From: Bacilli bacterium
GTDB taxonomy: Bacteria; Bacillota_I; Bacilli_A; RF39; UBA660
DNA length: 53,725 nt
Direction: 5' to 3'
Assembly (NCBI GenBank): GCA_017625395.1
Contig: JAGALD010000018.1
Location: forward strand, 1 to 53,725
Shown: piece by piece, positions 1 to 8,249 of the stretch
Layout: each line of letters starts with the position of its first letter
Position numbering within the stretch: the stretch's first letter is position 1
Made by a program: the position numbers and the translations under genes
The notes under the pieces: generated by a model
Told to the model about the DNA's origin: nothing
Databases searched by the model: none
Seen by the model: only the letters and a program-made list of their open reading frames with translations

Positions 1-2226
1 AAATTCGAAGAAAATGTAACAGCAATGGCAACACCAGTTAAAGCTGGATATACATTCAGTGGATGGGATAAGACAATTCCAACTACAATGCCTGCAGAAA
101 ATGTTACAGTAAGTGGAAGCTTTACTGCTAATACTAATACAAAATATACAATTGAGTATTATACTGAAAATACTGATGGAACATTCTCAGTAAATAGCAA
201 TGAAACAAAAACAGCTACAACTGGTACAACTGTATCAGCTACTGCTAAAGAAATTGCTGGATTTGCATATGATTCAAGTAATACAAATAATGTATTAAGT
301 GGAACAGTAGCAGGAGATGGATCTCTAGTATTAAAGTTATACTATAACAAAATTAAAGCACCAAATGTTTCTGTAACAGTTGAATCTACTATTACTCGTG
401 ATGGTGAGGCTGTAACAGGTGGAACTGTTGAGTATGGTGATGTGCTAAATTACACAGTTACAATTAAGAATACAGGTGATGCTGATGGTTCTGTATTATT
501 AAAAGATATAGTTACAGGTAAATTAGAAGATATTACGGTAGCAGATGAATATAAAGCATTATTTGAAACATCTGGATTAACAATTGTTGTAAAACCAAAT
601 GAAACAATTACTATTACATTTAGTGGAACAGTTAAAGCAGGTGTAAATGAAAAAGTTAAAAATGATATTTCATATTCTGTAAATGGTGGAGAAACAACTA
701 CTATTACAGGTACTGAATATGATACTCAAAAGACAATTTCATTTCTTGAAAAAGTTGAAACAATTCAAGGTACAAATATTGTAATTGTTCTTGATGAATC
801 TGCTAGTATGAATGGAAATAAATTTGCGACAGCAAAGTCTGCTACTAATTCATTTATAGATCAAGTGTTCCCATCTGCAAATAACAATTCGAATGGTTCA
901 ACAGTAGCAGTAGTTACATTTGGTACCCAATTTGGGTGCTTGGAATACGGTTCTGTTTTTGGATTATGTATTGATTGGGGACATCAAGCTTATGCCAATG
1001 TTATTGGTGTTACAGCAACTGATTACAATACAGCTACATCTTTGAAAAATTCTATAAGTGGACTTTCAAATAATATAAGTAATAGTGGAACACCATATTA
1101 TATTGGATTACAAAATGCATATAACATTCTTTATAATGAATCTAATGGTTTATATAAGAACGGTAACAAAAATGTTGTAATATTCTTAAGTGATGGTGCA
1201 CCTGATGATAATGATGATGAAACACAAAGAAATAACTATATTACTGCCTTGAACTCAGACGGTAAAACGACAGATATATATGCAATTGGATTTGATATTA
1301 CATCAGGTTCAGTTGCTCATACAACATTAGGAACAGTTGCAAATAAAGGTGTATTTATTGCTGGAACAGATGATTTAACTAAAATATTTAGTACAATTCA
1401 TTCTTCTATAGCTGATAACACTACATCTAAACAGACTTCTCAAGGTGTTGCTGAAATTGCAGACACAATTGTTATTGATGAAACACACCCAATTAATATA
1501 AAAGTAAATGGTGTAGATAATAAATATTATTCAGTAGCTGAAGTTTTAGCTACAGGATATTTAACTTATACTTCTGAAGAAGGATATGAAATTGATGCAA
1601 CTAAGTTTGCAGCAGGTGATGTAATTGAAGTAATTTATTTTGCTGAACCTACTAATAAACAAGCATTAACAAGAAGTGCTGTTGCATATTCTTATGGTAG
1701 TTTAGTAAGTAGAGCAAGAGTTCAAGAAACTCCTGCTCCAACTGCACCAGAAGAAACAGTTGAAGAACCAACTAAAGAAGAAGTAGTTGAAGAAGCAACT
1801 AAAGATGAAGTAGTTGAAGAGTCAACTAAAGAAGAAGTAGTTGAAGAAGCAACTAAAGAAGAAATAGTTGAAGAAGCAACTAAAGAAGAAGTAGTTGAAG
1901 AAGCAACTAAAGAAGAAGTAGTTGAAGAAGCAACTAAAGAAGAAGTAGTTGAAGAGGCAACTAAAGAAGAAGTGGTTGAAGAAGCAACTAAAGAAGAAGT
2001 GGTTGAAGAAGCAACAAAAGAAGAAGTAGTTGAAGAGGCAACTAAAGAAGAAGTGGTTGAAGAAGCAACTAAAGAAGAAGTAGTTGAAGAAGCAACTAAA
2101 GAAGAAGTAGTTGAAGAAGCAACTAAAGAAGAAATAGTTGAAGAGTCAACTGAAGTAATAGTTGAGGAACCAGTTACAGAGGTAGTTGAAGAATCAGCTG
2201 AAGAAAATGAAAAAGAAACTGAATAA
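1..2226 (+). CDS. Large surface protein, 5'-truncated by the window: InlB B-repeat-like, MucBP-like and DUF11-like segments, vWA domain, acidic repeat tail
   Basis: Frame is open from base 1; P.KAGYTFSGW repeat motif; vWA MIDAS elements DESASM, GTPY, FLSDG; C-terminal TKEEVVEEA repeats. Confidence 0.8.
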   Translation, partial: KFEENVTAMATPVKAGYTFSGWDKTIPTTMPAENVTVSGSFTANTNTKYTIEYYTENTDGTFSVNSNETKTATTGTTVSATAKEIAGFAYDSSNTNNVLSGTVAGDGSLVLKLYYNKIKAPNVSVTVESTITRDGEAVTGGTVEYGDVLNYTVTIKNTGDADGSVLLKDIVTGKLEDITVADEYKALFETSGLTIVVKPNETITITFSGTVKAGVNEKVKNDISYSVNGGETTTITGTEYDTQKTISFLEKVETIQGTNIVIVLDESASMNGNKFATAKSATNSFIDQVFPSANNNSNGSTVAVVTFGTQFGCLEYGSVFGLCIDWGHQAYANVIGVTATDYNTATSLKNSISGLSNNISNSGTPYYIGLQNAYNILYNESNGLYKNGNKNVVIFLSDGAPDDNDDETQRNNYITALNSDGKTTDIYAIGFDITSGSVAHTTLGTVANKGVFIAGTDDLTKIFSTIHSSIADNTTSKQTSQGVAEIADTIVIDETHPINIKVNGVDNKYYSVAEVLATGYLTYTSEEGYEIDATKFAAGDVIEVIYFAEPTNKQALTRSAVAYSYGSLVSRARVQETPAPTAPEETVEEPTKEEVVEEATKDEVVEESTKEEVVEEATKEEIVEEATKEEVVEEATKEEVVEEATKEEVVEEATKEEVVEEATKEEVVEEATKEEVVEEATKEEVVEEATKEEVVEEATKEEVVEEATKEEIVEESTEVIVEEPVTEVVEESAEENEKETE
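1771..2148 (+). repeat. Coding tandem repeat, 14 x 27 bp (TKEEVVEEA)
   Basis: Unit actaaagaagaagtagttgaagaagca; first unit at 1771, last at 2122 (13 x 27 apart); no spacers. Confidence 0.95.
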
Positions 2227-2281
2227 TATATATTAAAATGGCTAGTGCCTAATATAAATATTGTTCAAATTGAATAATAGT

Positions 2282-2307
2282 AAAAAGGAACTTAGCGGTT
2301 CCTTTTT
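2282..2307 (+). terminator. Intrinsic terminator
   Basis: aaaaaggaac-ttagcg-gttccttttt. Confidence 0.8.
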
Positions 2308-2358
2308 ATCTACTTGTAATTATAAAAATAAATATGCTATAATTATCTTGGTGATAAT

Positions 2359-2826
2359 ATGGCTTATATTAGATATAAAGAAGTAACTAAGCACTTTAAT
2401 TTTACAAGACCAATAGATAAGAAAAATTTACCATCATATGTACTTGATTACTTGTATGAAAATGAAATTTTGTTAGCTGGTTATAAAGTAGGAAGAGATC
2501 ATGGAATAATTACTAATAAAAAAATAGTATTATTTGATAATTCTATTTCTTTTAAACCTAAAAAAGAGATAACAGCTATTCCGTATCATGCAGTATCTGC
2601 TCATTCAATAATTTTTCATCCATCATCAGCAGAAATATATTTGCTTTTAGATAGTGGATATCCATTGTTACTTAAATTTGTAAATTTAAAAAGTGAAGAT
2701 AAAGTTAAACTTAGACTTCTATATAATGCAATGTCTGCAGTTATTTGTAGACAAGAAATTCCTAAAAAAGTTTTAGATAAAATCATTAATAATGATTTTG
2801 ATTATGATGATAATAAGGAGGAATAA
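2359..2826 (+). CDS. Bacterial PH domain protein (bPH_1-like)
   Basis: YKVGRD..IITNKKIVLFD...KKEITAIPY pattern; TGcTATAAT promoter upstream. Confidence 0.65.
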   Translation: MAYIRYKEVTKHFNFTRPIDKKNLPSYVLDYLYENEILLAGYKVGRDHGIITNKKIVLFDNSISFKPKKEITAIPYHAVSAHSIIFHPSSAEIYLLLDSGYPLLLKFVNLKSEDKVKLRLLYNAMSAVICRQEIPKKVLDKIINNDFDYDDNKEE

Positions 2827-2828
2827 TT

Positions 2829-3215
2829 ATGAAAGAAAAGAAAGTAAATAATGTTGAAGAAGAAGATTTCTTCGATGAAAAACCAAAGAAAAAGAAAAAA
2901 GAAGAAAAAACTGAAAAAGAAGTTGTATATGTAGAAAAAGAGAAAAGTTTATTTTCTAGAATTTTAAACATAGTATTATGGATTATTTTACTTGCTTGGA
3001 TGGCACTTGTTTTAGTTGATTATTTCAAGGTTCGTGATGAAAAAGATCCAATTTTCTGTTGGTTTAATAATCATACAACAACATATGAAAATGGAACTGT
3101 TACTGAATGTACAGGATTAGGTTATAAAGTAATTAGATATAATAGAGAAGATTTTAAAGCTATTGAATTTGGACCATTCTGGATTAGTGATAGAACTGCA
3201 GAAGAAAGTAAATAA
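2829..3215 (+). CDS. Hypothetical membrane protein
   Basis: 128-aa ORF, one TM segment, AGGAGG RBS. Confidence 0.7.
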   Translation: MKEKKVNNVEEEDFFDEKPKKKKKEEKTEKEVVYVEKEKSLFSRILNIVLWIILLAWMALVLVDYFKVRDEKDPIFCWFNNHTTTYENGTVTECTGLGYKVIRYNREDFKAIEFGPFWISDRTAEESK

Positions 3216-3263
3216 TTAGAATATTATTTGATAAAGAAATATAAGATATAATAAGGTGATTTA

Positions 3264-4304
3264 ATGAAGAAAAACCTAGGATTATATCTTTTTTTTGTTT
3301 CGATTTTCTTAATTGTTTTTGGAATTGTTATGATATATTCTTCTTCTAGTATATGGGCAGAATATAAGTTTGATGATCCTTTTAAATATGTTAAACAACA
3401 GTTTTTGTTTGGAGTTATTGGAATAGTATTAGTATATATTATTAGTAAAATAAATTATAGATTTTATTACAATAATGCAACAAAATTATTTTTTGTTTGT
3501 ATTGTTTTATTAATACTCGTTTTAATTCCTGGTATTGGTAGTGTTAGAAATGGTAGTAGAAGTTGGTTTGGTATTGGTCCATTTGGAATTCAACCTAGTG
3601 AGTTTGCTAAACTTTGTTTAATTATATTAACAAGCAAATATTTATCTAAATCAAATAAGTTTGTTAAAGATATTAAAAAGGGTGTTATTCCTATATTAGG
3701 AGTGTTATTCTTAGTATTTGGTCTTATTATGTTACAACCTGATTTTGGTACTGGTATGATAATTGTTGTTAGTATAATTGCTATGTTGTTTATTGCAGGA
3801 GTTAATATTAAGTTTTTTATAGGATTGGGTTTGATTGGCGTTGTTGGCATTGTTGTTTTAATAGTTATTGCACCTTATAGAATGGATAGAATAACTTCAT
3901 TTATTGATCCATGGAGTGATCCTTTGGGAACTGGTTTTCAAATAATTCAATCTCTTTATGCAATTGGACCTGGCGGACTTTTAGGAATGGGTTTTTTGAA
4001 TTCAAGACAAAAACAATTTTATTTACCAGAACCCCAAACAGATTTTATTTTTTCTATTATAAGTGAAGAATTTGGAGTTTTGGGTGTTACAATTGTCTCT
4101 GGACTTTTTCTAGCACTTTTATATTTAGGTATTAAAATAGCTATTAATTGTACAGATAATTTTGCTAAGTTTTTATCTTTTGGTTTAATTTTTCAAATGT
4201 TAATTCAAGCTGCTATGAACTTGATGGTTGTTATTGGACTAATTCCTGTTACTGGTATTACATTTGTGTGGGAGAAAATTAAAAAAGTGCGTTTTTCCTT
4301 TTAA
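3264..4304 (+). CDS. spoVE: SEDS peptidoglycan polymerase, SpoVE-like; 5' part interrupted by the ICE at codon 331
   Basis: IWAEYKFDD, RNGSRSW, IQPSEFAK, QPDFGT, DPLGTGFQIIQSLYAIGPGGL, YLPEPQTDFIF, GLIPVTG match B. subtilis SpoVE as I recall it; the [10 protein letters not shown] motif is absent and replaced by an element-derived tail ITFVWEKIKKVRFSF. Confidence 0.85.
   Translation: MKKNLGLYLFFVSIFLIVFGIVMIYSSSSIWAEYKFDDPFKYVKQQFLFGVIGIVLVYIISKINYRFYYNNATKLFFVCIVLLILVLIPGIGSVRNGSRSWFGIGPFGIQPSEFAKLCLIILTSKYLSKSNKFVKDIKKGVIPILGVLFLVFGLIMLQPDFGTGMIIVVSIIAMLFIAGVNIKFFIGLGLIGVVGIVVLIVIAPYRMDRITSFIDPWSDPLGTGFQIIQSLYAIGPGGLLGMGFLNSRQKQFYLPEPQTDFIFSIISEEFGVLGVTIVSGLFLALLYLGIKIAINCTDNFAKFLSFGLIFQMLIQAAMNLMVVIGLIPVTGITFVWEKIKKVRFSF
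4236..4280. other. attL of the ICE (core GGT 4254-4256)
   Basis: SEDS homology ends here; the right half tattaca..tgggagaaaat is the inverted partner of attttctccca..tgtaaca at 51092-51116. Confidence 0.85.
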
Positions 4305-4473
4305 AATCAAGGGTTTGGGGGAGAATATAAAAAACTGAAAAAAGTAAAATTTAACTAAAAATAGACTTCTAAACAAAAATTAACAATTTTTTTAAAGAAA
4401 GATTGATAGGTTACAATGTTGGGAGAAACAATAAAGTTAATCGGAACTCGAAATGCAATGAAAGGATATAAAA

Positions 4474-5850
4474 ATGTTAGAATACAAGAGTAAGTATTTT
4501 ACTAAATCTTTAAGTGTATTTGGAGAACCGAAACTTTCAATAATAAATAAAATTAAGCAATATACTAATATTGATGAGAATAGTAGAATATTAATTCCTA
4601 ACTGCCAAGATGGTATATATGTATTACCATTTGCAAAAATAAGTAACAATATTGTTTGTTATGAATCAAATAAAAATTTACTAAATGGTGGAGTAATTGA
4701 TAACTTTGGTTCATTAGGTTTAGTAAAAAGATTAAAAGGTGCTAATTTAGATAAAAATGTAAAAATAAAAAAATATAATTTTTATGATGAGAAAAAAATA
4801 GCAAAATATGATTTAGTAGTAGCTATAAGAACAATTCAATTAAGAGAAAATGACAAATATTCCATTGAAAATAAATTAAATAAATTAATGTCTAGTGTTA
4901 AAGATAATGGATATTTATATCTAACATATTATATAGATGAAGATATAGAAGTTAGTGAAAATCAAATTATAAGATATAATGAAATTAAAAATAATATAGA
5001 TTTATCTAAATGGAATATTTTATATTATAGAGATAATTTTCAAAGATATACTGATCATAATTCTCATCCTAATCATATAGGAAATCATAAACATAAGATA
5101 GGTTCAATTTTATTAAAGAAAACACCTCATGTTTATAAAAAGAGAATACTTGATAGGAGATATAAATCAGCAAGTATTTATGGTGAATCAAATCAGCAAG
5201 TTTATGATTATATAAATTTATTAAAAAACGAATATGATAGAAATGTAGATGTTTTAGTAGTTGATGCTAATGATGGCAAAAATGCAATAACATTTGCAAG
5301 ATTTGGATTTAATGTTGTTTGCTATGAAGATAACAAAGTATTACTGAATGGGGGAATATATAATCATAAAAGAACGACAGGATTAAAAAAAAGAGTTTCC
5401 GATTTTTTAGTAAATGATAACATCATAATAAAAGAAAAGAATTTTTATGATATAAAAGAAATTAATAAGTTTGACTTTATATATGTTGATAGTTCATTAA
5501 ATTTAGAAAAGAATAATCACATAACACTAAAAAAGAAAGTTAGAAAATTAATGTCTAATGTAAGAGAAGGTGGCTATTTATACATCTATTATGATTTAGT
5601 ATTAAATGAGATTGATGATTATAATAATTCATATTTTCATATTGGAGAAATGCAAAAAATATTTGATTTAGAAGATTGGAAAATTGAATATATATGTGAA
5701 AGAGAAGAAAAAAATTATTGTAATTATATTTATGATAAAGATAGAAGAATAGGTTATATTTTAGCAAAGAAAAAAAGAAATAGAAGAAAACATAAATGTC
5801 ATTATACAATAGAAATTAACAATAAAATAGAATATCAAAAGGCATCGTAA
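4474..5850 (+). CDS. Protein with two tandem class I SAM-methyltransferase-like (TehB-like) domains
   Basis: Two homologous halves (VCYESNKNLLNGG / VCYEDNKVLLNGG; KLMSSVKDNGYLY / KLMSNVREGGYLY); motif I degenerate in both. Confidence 0.6.
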   Translation: MLEYKSKYFTKSLSVFGEPKLSIINKIKQYTNIDENSRILIPNCQDGIYVLPFAKISNNIVCYESNKNLLNGGVIDNFGSLGLVKRLKGANLDKNVKIKKYNFYDEKKIAKYDLVVAIRTIQLRENDKYSIENKLNKLMSSVKDNGYLYLTYYIDEDIEVSENQIIRYNEIKNNIDLSKWNILYYRDNFQRYTDHNSHPNHIGNHKHKIGSILLKKTPHVYKKRILDRRYKSASIYGESNQQVYDYINLLKNEYDRNVDVLVVDANDGKNAITFARFGFNVVCYEDNKVLLNGGIYNHKRTTGLKKRVSDFLVNDNIIIKEKNFYDIKEINKFDFIYVDSSLNLEKNNHITLKKKVRKLMSNVREGGYLYIYYDLVLNEIDDYNNSYFHIGEMQKIFDLEDWKIEYICEREEKNYCNYIYDKDRRIGYILAKKKRNRRKHKCHYTIEINNKIEYQKAS

Positions 5851-5862
5851 GATGCTTTTTTT
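5837..5862 (+). terminator. Intrinsic terminator abutting the RBS of the initiator gene
   Basis: aaaaggcatc-gtaa-gatgcttttttt, then GGAGG at 5863. Confidence 0.7.
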
Positions 5863-5874
5863 GGAGGTGGTAGA

Positions 5875-6633
5875 ATGTCGGTTTTTAAAATTGAAAAAAC
5901 AAAAGATTTTACAGTTATGAGCAATTATCATTTAAGAGATAAAAATTTAAGTTTAAAAGCAAAAGGATTATTGTCATTTATGTTAAGTTTACCTGAAGAC
6001 TGGGATTATTCATTAATGGGTTTGTGTGCTATTTGTAAAGAAAGTAGAGATGCAATAAGGTCAACTTTAAAAGAACTTCAAAAATATGGTTATCTTCAAA
6101 TAGAGAAAGTTCGTGGAGATAAAGGTTATTTTGAATACAATTATTTGATATATGAAAAACCACATTCAATAGAAAAAGAAATAAATAATCCAGATATGGA
6201 AAATCCACACCTGGATAATCCAAGTTTGGAAGAACACCCACAAATAAATACTAATAAACAAAATACTAATAACAAAATTGATAAAGATGATAAAACCATA
6301 TCATCTTTTTTTCTTGCAGAAGAACATAATATTTTAACATTGGAATTAATTGATAGGGGATATATAAATGAGAATGATACTCAAATCTTTTATTATGATG
6401 ATTTATTTAAAAAGTTATTAGAAGAAGATAATTCATATAAAGATTTATTGCAAATTATACACTATATAATTCCAAGAGTAAAAGCAAGAGATTTTAAAGA
6501 TGAAGATGGTAATCCTATTCAAAATAAATTTGGTTATTTTAAAAATGCCATTATATCAAATATTCAGAGACTTGATATTGATATTGGAGAATTATGGGAT
6601 AATGAAGGAATATTTGATGATTTAGAAAGATAA
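5875..6633 (+). CDS. Phage/ICE-type HTH replication initiator
   Basis: FTVMSNYHLRDKNLSLKAKGLLS.MLSLPEDW N-terminus; NPxxE linker repeats; ends DDLER. Confidence 0.7.
   Translation: MSVFKIEKTKDFTVMSNYHLRDKNLSLKAKGLLSFMLSLPEDWDYSLMGLCAICKESRDAIRSTLKELQKYGYLQIEKVRGDKGYFEYNYLIYEKPHSIEKEINNPDMENPHLDNPSLEEHPQINTNKQNTNNKIDKDDKTISSFFLAEEHNILTLELIDRGYINENDTQIFYYDDLFKKLLEEDNSYKDLLQIIHYIIPRVKARDFKDEDGNPIQNKFGYFKNAIISNIQRLDIDIGELWDNEGIFDDLER
6187..6231. repeat. Three 15-bp iteron-like repeats AATCCA-N4-TGGAW inside the initiator gene
   Basis: aatccagatatggaa / aatccacacctggat / aatccaagtttggaa, followed by an A-rich tract. Confidence 0.6.
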
Positions 6634-6660
6634 AAAACATTAGCTTGTTTGCTAATGTTT
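6634..6660. terminator. Hairpin between convergent genes, probably bidirectional terminator
   Basis: aaacattagc-ttgttt-gctaatgttt. Confidence 0.7.
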
Positions 6661-6720
6661 ACTACTATATCAAGAAAGTAGGGTACTGCTAATTTTACTA
6701 CTAATACTACTTAAATACTA

Positions 6721-7221
6721 CTAATTTTTTTTAGGATTAGTTAGACAATAATAAGTTGTTGCGTGTCTTAATATTATCCATGTAATTACTTGATCCATAT
6801 TTTTAGGACTTATTAAAGAACTAATACAATAATCCTTTAAAAAGTTTAATTGTATTGGTAATTGAATACTTCTTTCGTTTGCACCGATTACTTTTTGAAC
6901 TAAATCATCAGCAACCAAGTCTCCTTCAGAAACAATACAATCATCTTGTTCATCATCTTCAAAATCTGCAAAGAAGTCAGTTATATCATCAACTTCTCTT
7001 GCAATTTCTTTGAATTTTTCGTTTGTATAAATTGGTTTTAATAATTCAAGATATTTATTAAGCAAATTTTCTAATACAATATCTTTTTCATTGTCAGGTA
7101 ATCCTTTTAAGTCTTTTATAAGACCATTTAATTCATAATGGTATTCTATACCTCTAATTTTTTTTATTTTGTTTTCCATGTTTTCATGGATAGATACTAC
7201 ATAGTCATTAATATTTTTCAT
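6721..7221 (-). CDS. Hypothetical acidic protein
   Basis: 166-aa ORF with AAGGAG RBS on the minus strand; the only convincing minus-strand gene. Confidence 0.7.
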   Translation of the reverse strand: MKNINDYVVSIHENMENKIKKIRGIEYHYELNGLIKDLKGLPDNEKDIVLENLLNKYLELLKPIYTNEKFKEIAREVDDITDFFADFEDDEQDDCIVSEGDLVADDLVQKVIGANERSIQLPIQLNFLKDYCISSLISPKNMDQVITWIILRHATTYYCLTNPKKN

Positions 7222-7386
7222 TTTTAGCTCCTTTTCTTTTCTTAAAATAAAACCTACTTTCTAGCACTACCATTCGTCAATTATTTTCCTTATTACACAA
7301 TATAATGTAGATAACTTACTACATAGTTGGTATGGTTTAAAATTATTAAACTTATTACAATAGTAGTAAGTTATAGGAAGGATGTG

Positions 7387-7647
7387 ATGATTATTAAATA
7401 TAACTTACGAGCTCGTAAGATTTTAGCAAATAACATAATATTTTTCCGATTAGAAAATGAGTGGTCGCAAGAAGATTTTGCAGATAAACTTGGGACAACT
7501 CCTACTTATGTTTCGACACTTGAAAATGCTAAAAGAAATACGAGGATTGATTACATAGGTCACATAGCAGATACTCTTGGTGTTTCTATCGAACAATTAT
7601 TTAAAGAAAGACCAAAAGTTAAAAATCATCGAATACCTAGACGATAA
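7387..7647 (+). CDS. XRE HTH regulator resembling R-M controller (C) proteins
   Basis: WSQEDFADKLG...YVSTLENAKRN; start moved to follow the AGGAAGGA RBS. Confidence 0.8.
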   Translation: MIIKYNLRARKILANNIIFFRLENEWSQEDFADKLGTTPTYVSTLENAKRNTRIDYIGHIADTLGVSIEQLFKERPKVKNHRIPRR

Positions 7648-7781
7648 GAATATATAATTATTCTTTTTTTGTGCCATTTTTATTATAACACGAAAAAATT
7701 TATTTTGAATATTAGTTTGCGTTAAAATGTGGCTATTTTAAAATTGATTAGGTGTCATAATAGATATAGGTAGGTGAGAAT

Positions 7782-8090
7782 ATGGCTATAAATAGTTTTG
7801 AAACTTTACAAAATAAATTGTCAAGAGTCAATGTTGATGAAATGTATGCTACTATTTGTAGTAACATAAAGAAATATCGTTTAGAAAAATACAACGAATT
7901 CAAAAGCAAAAACTCACAAAGTACTATTAATCCTTACTCAACTGAGAATGTTGCTGCTCTTTTAGATTATAATCATAATCATTATAAAAGATTTGAAAGT
8001 GCAAGTGATAGTACAAAAAGAATACCATTAAATAAGTTAGCAAAGATATCTATTATTTTAGATAAAACTATTGATGAACTAATGAAATAG
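7782..8090 (+). CDS. XRE-like HTH protein
   Basis: NIKKYR...STENVAALLD...YKRFE...LAKISIILD; AGGTGA RBS. Confidence 0.65.
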   Translation: MAINSFETLQNKLSRVNVDEMYATICSNIKKYRLEKYNEFKSKNSQSTINPYSTENVAALLDYNHNHYKRFESASDSTKRIPLNKLAKISIILDKTIDELMK

Positions 8091-8249
8091 TTGGTATTTG
8101 ATTATTTATTTACTTATGAAAGATAGAAAAATGAGTGTAGCTATCTTTTTATTTTGCATTTAAAAGGGAAAAAATCCCACTTTGTAAAGAAAAATGTCAA
8201 TTTTTGTAGTATAATAATTATGGATGTCTTTACAATAGGGAGTGATAAT

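Noticed and set aside
1771-2148. 27-bp repeats as a CRISPR array
   Set aside because: Contiguous, in frame, no spacers, no cas genes
3219-3247. SigE-like promoter (gaatatt-14-tataagat) upstream of spoVE
   Set aside because: It fits the hypothesis, but the match is weak and expected by chance in such AT-rich DNA
3264-4304. Complete 346-aa FtsW
   Set aside because: The last 15 residues come from the element; the conserved C-terminal motif is at 51117-51215
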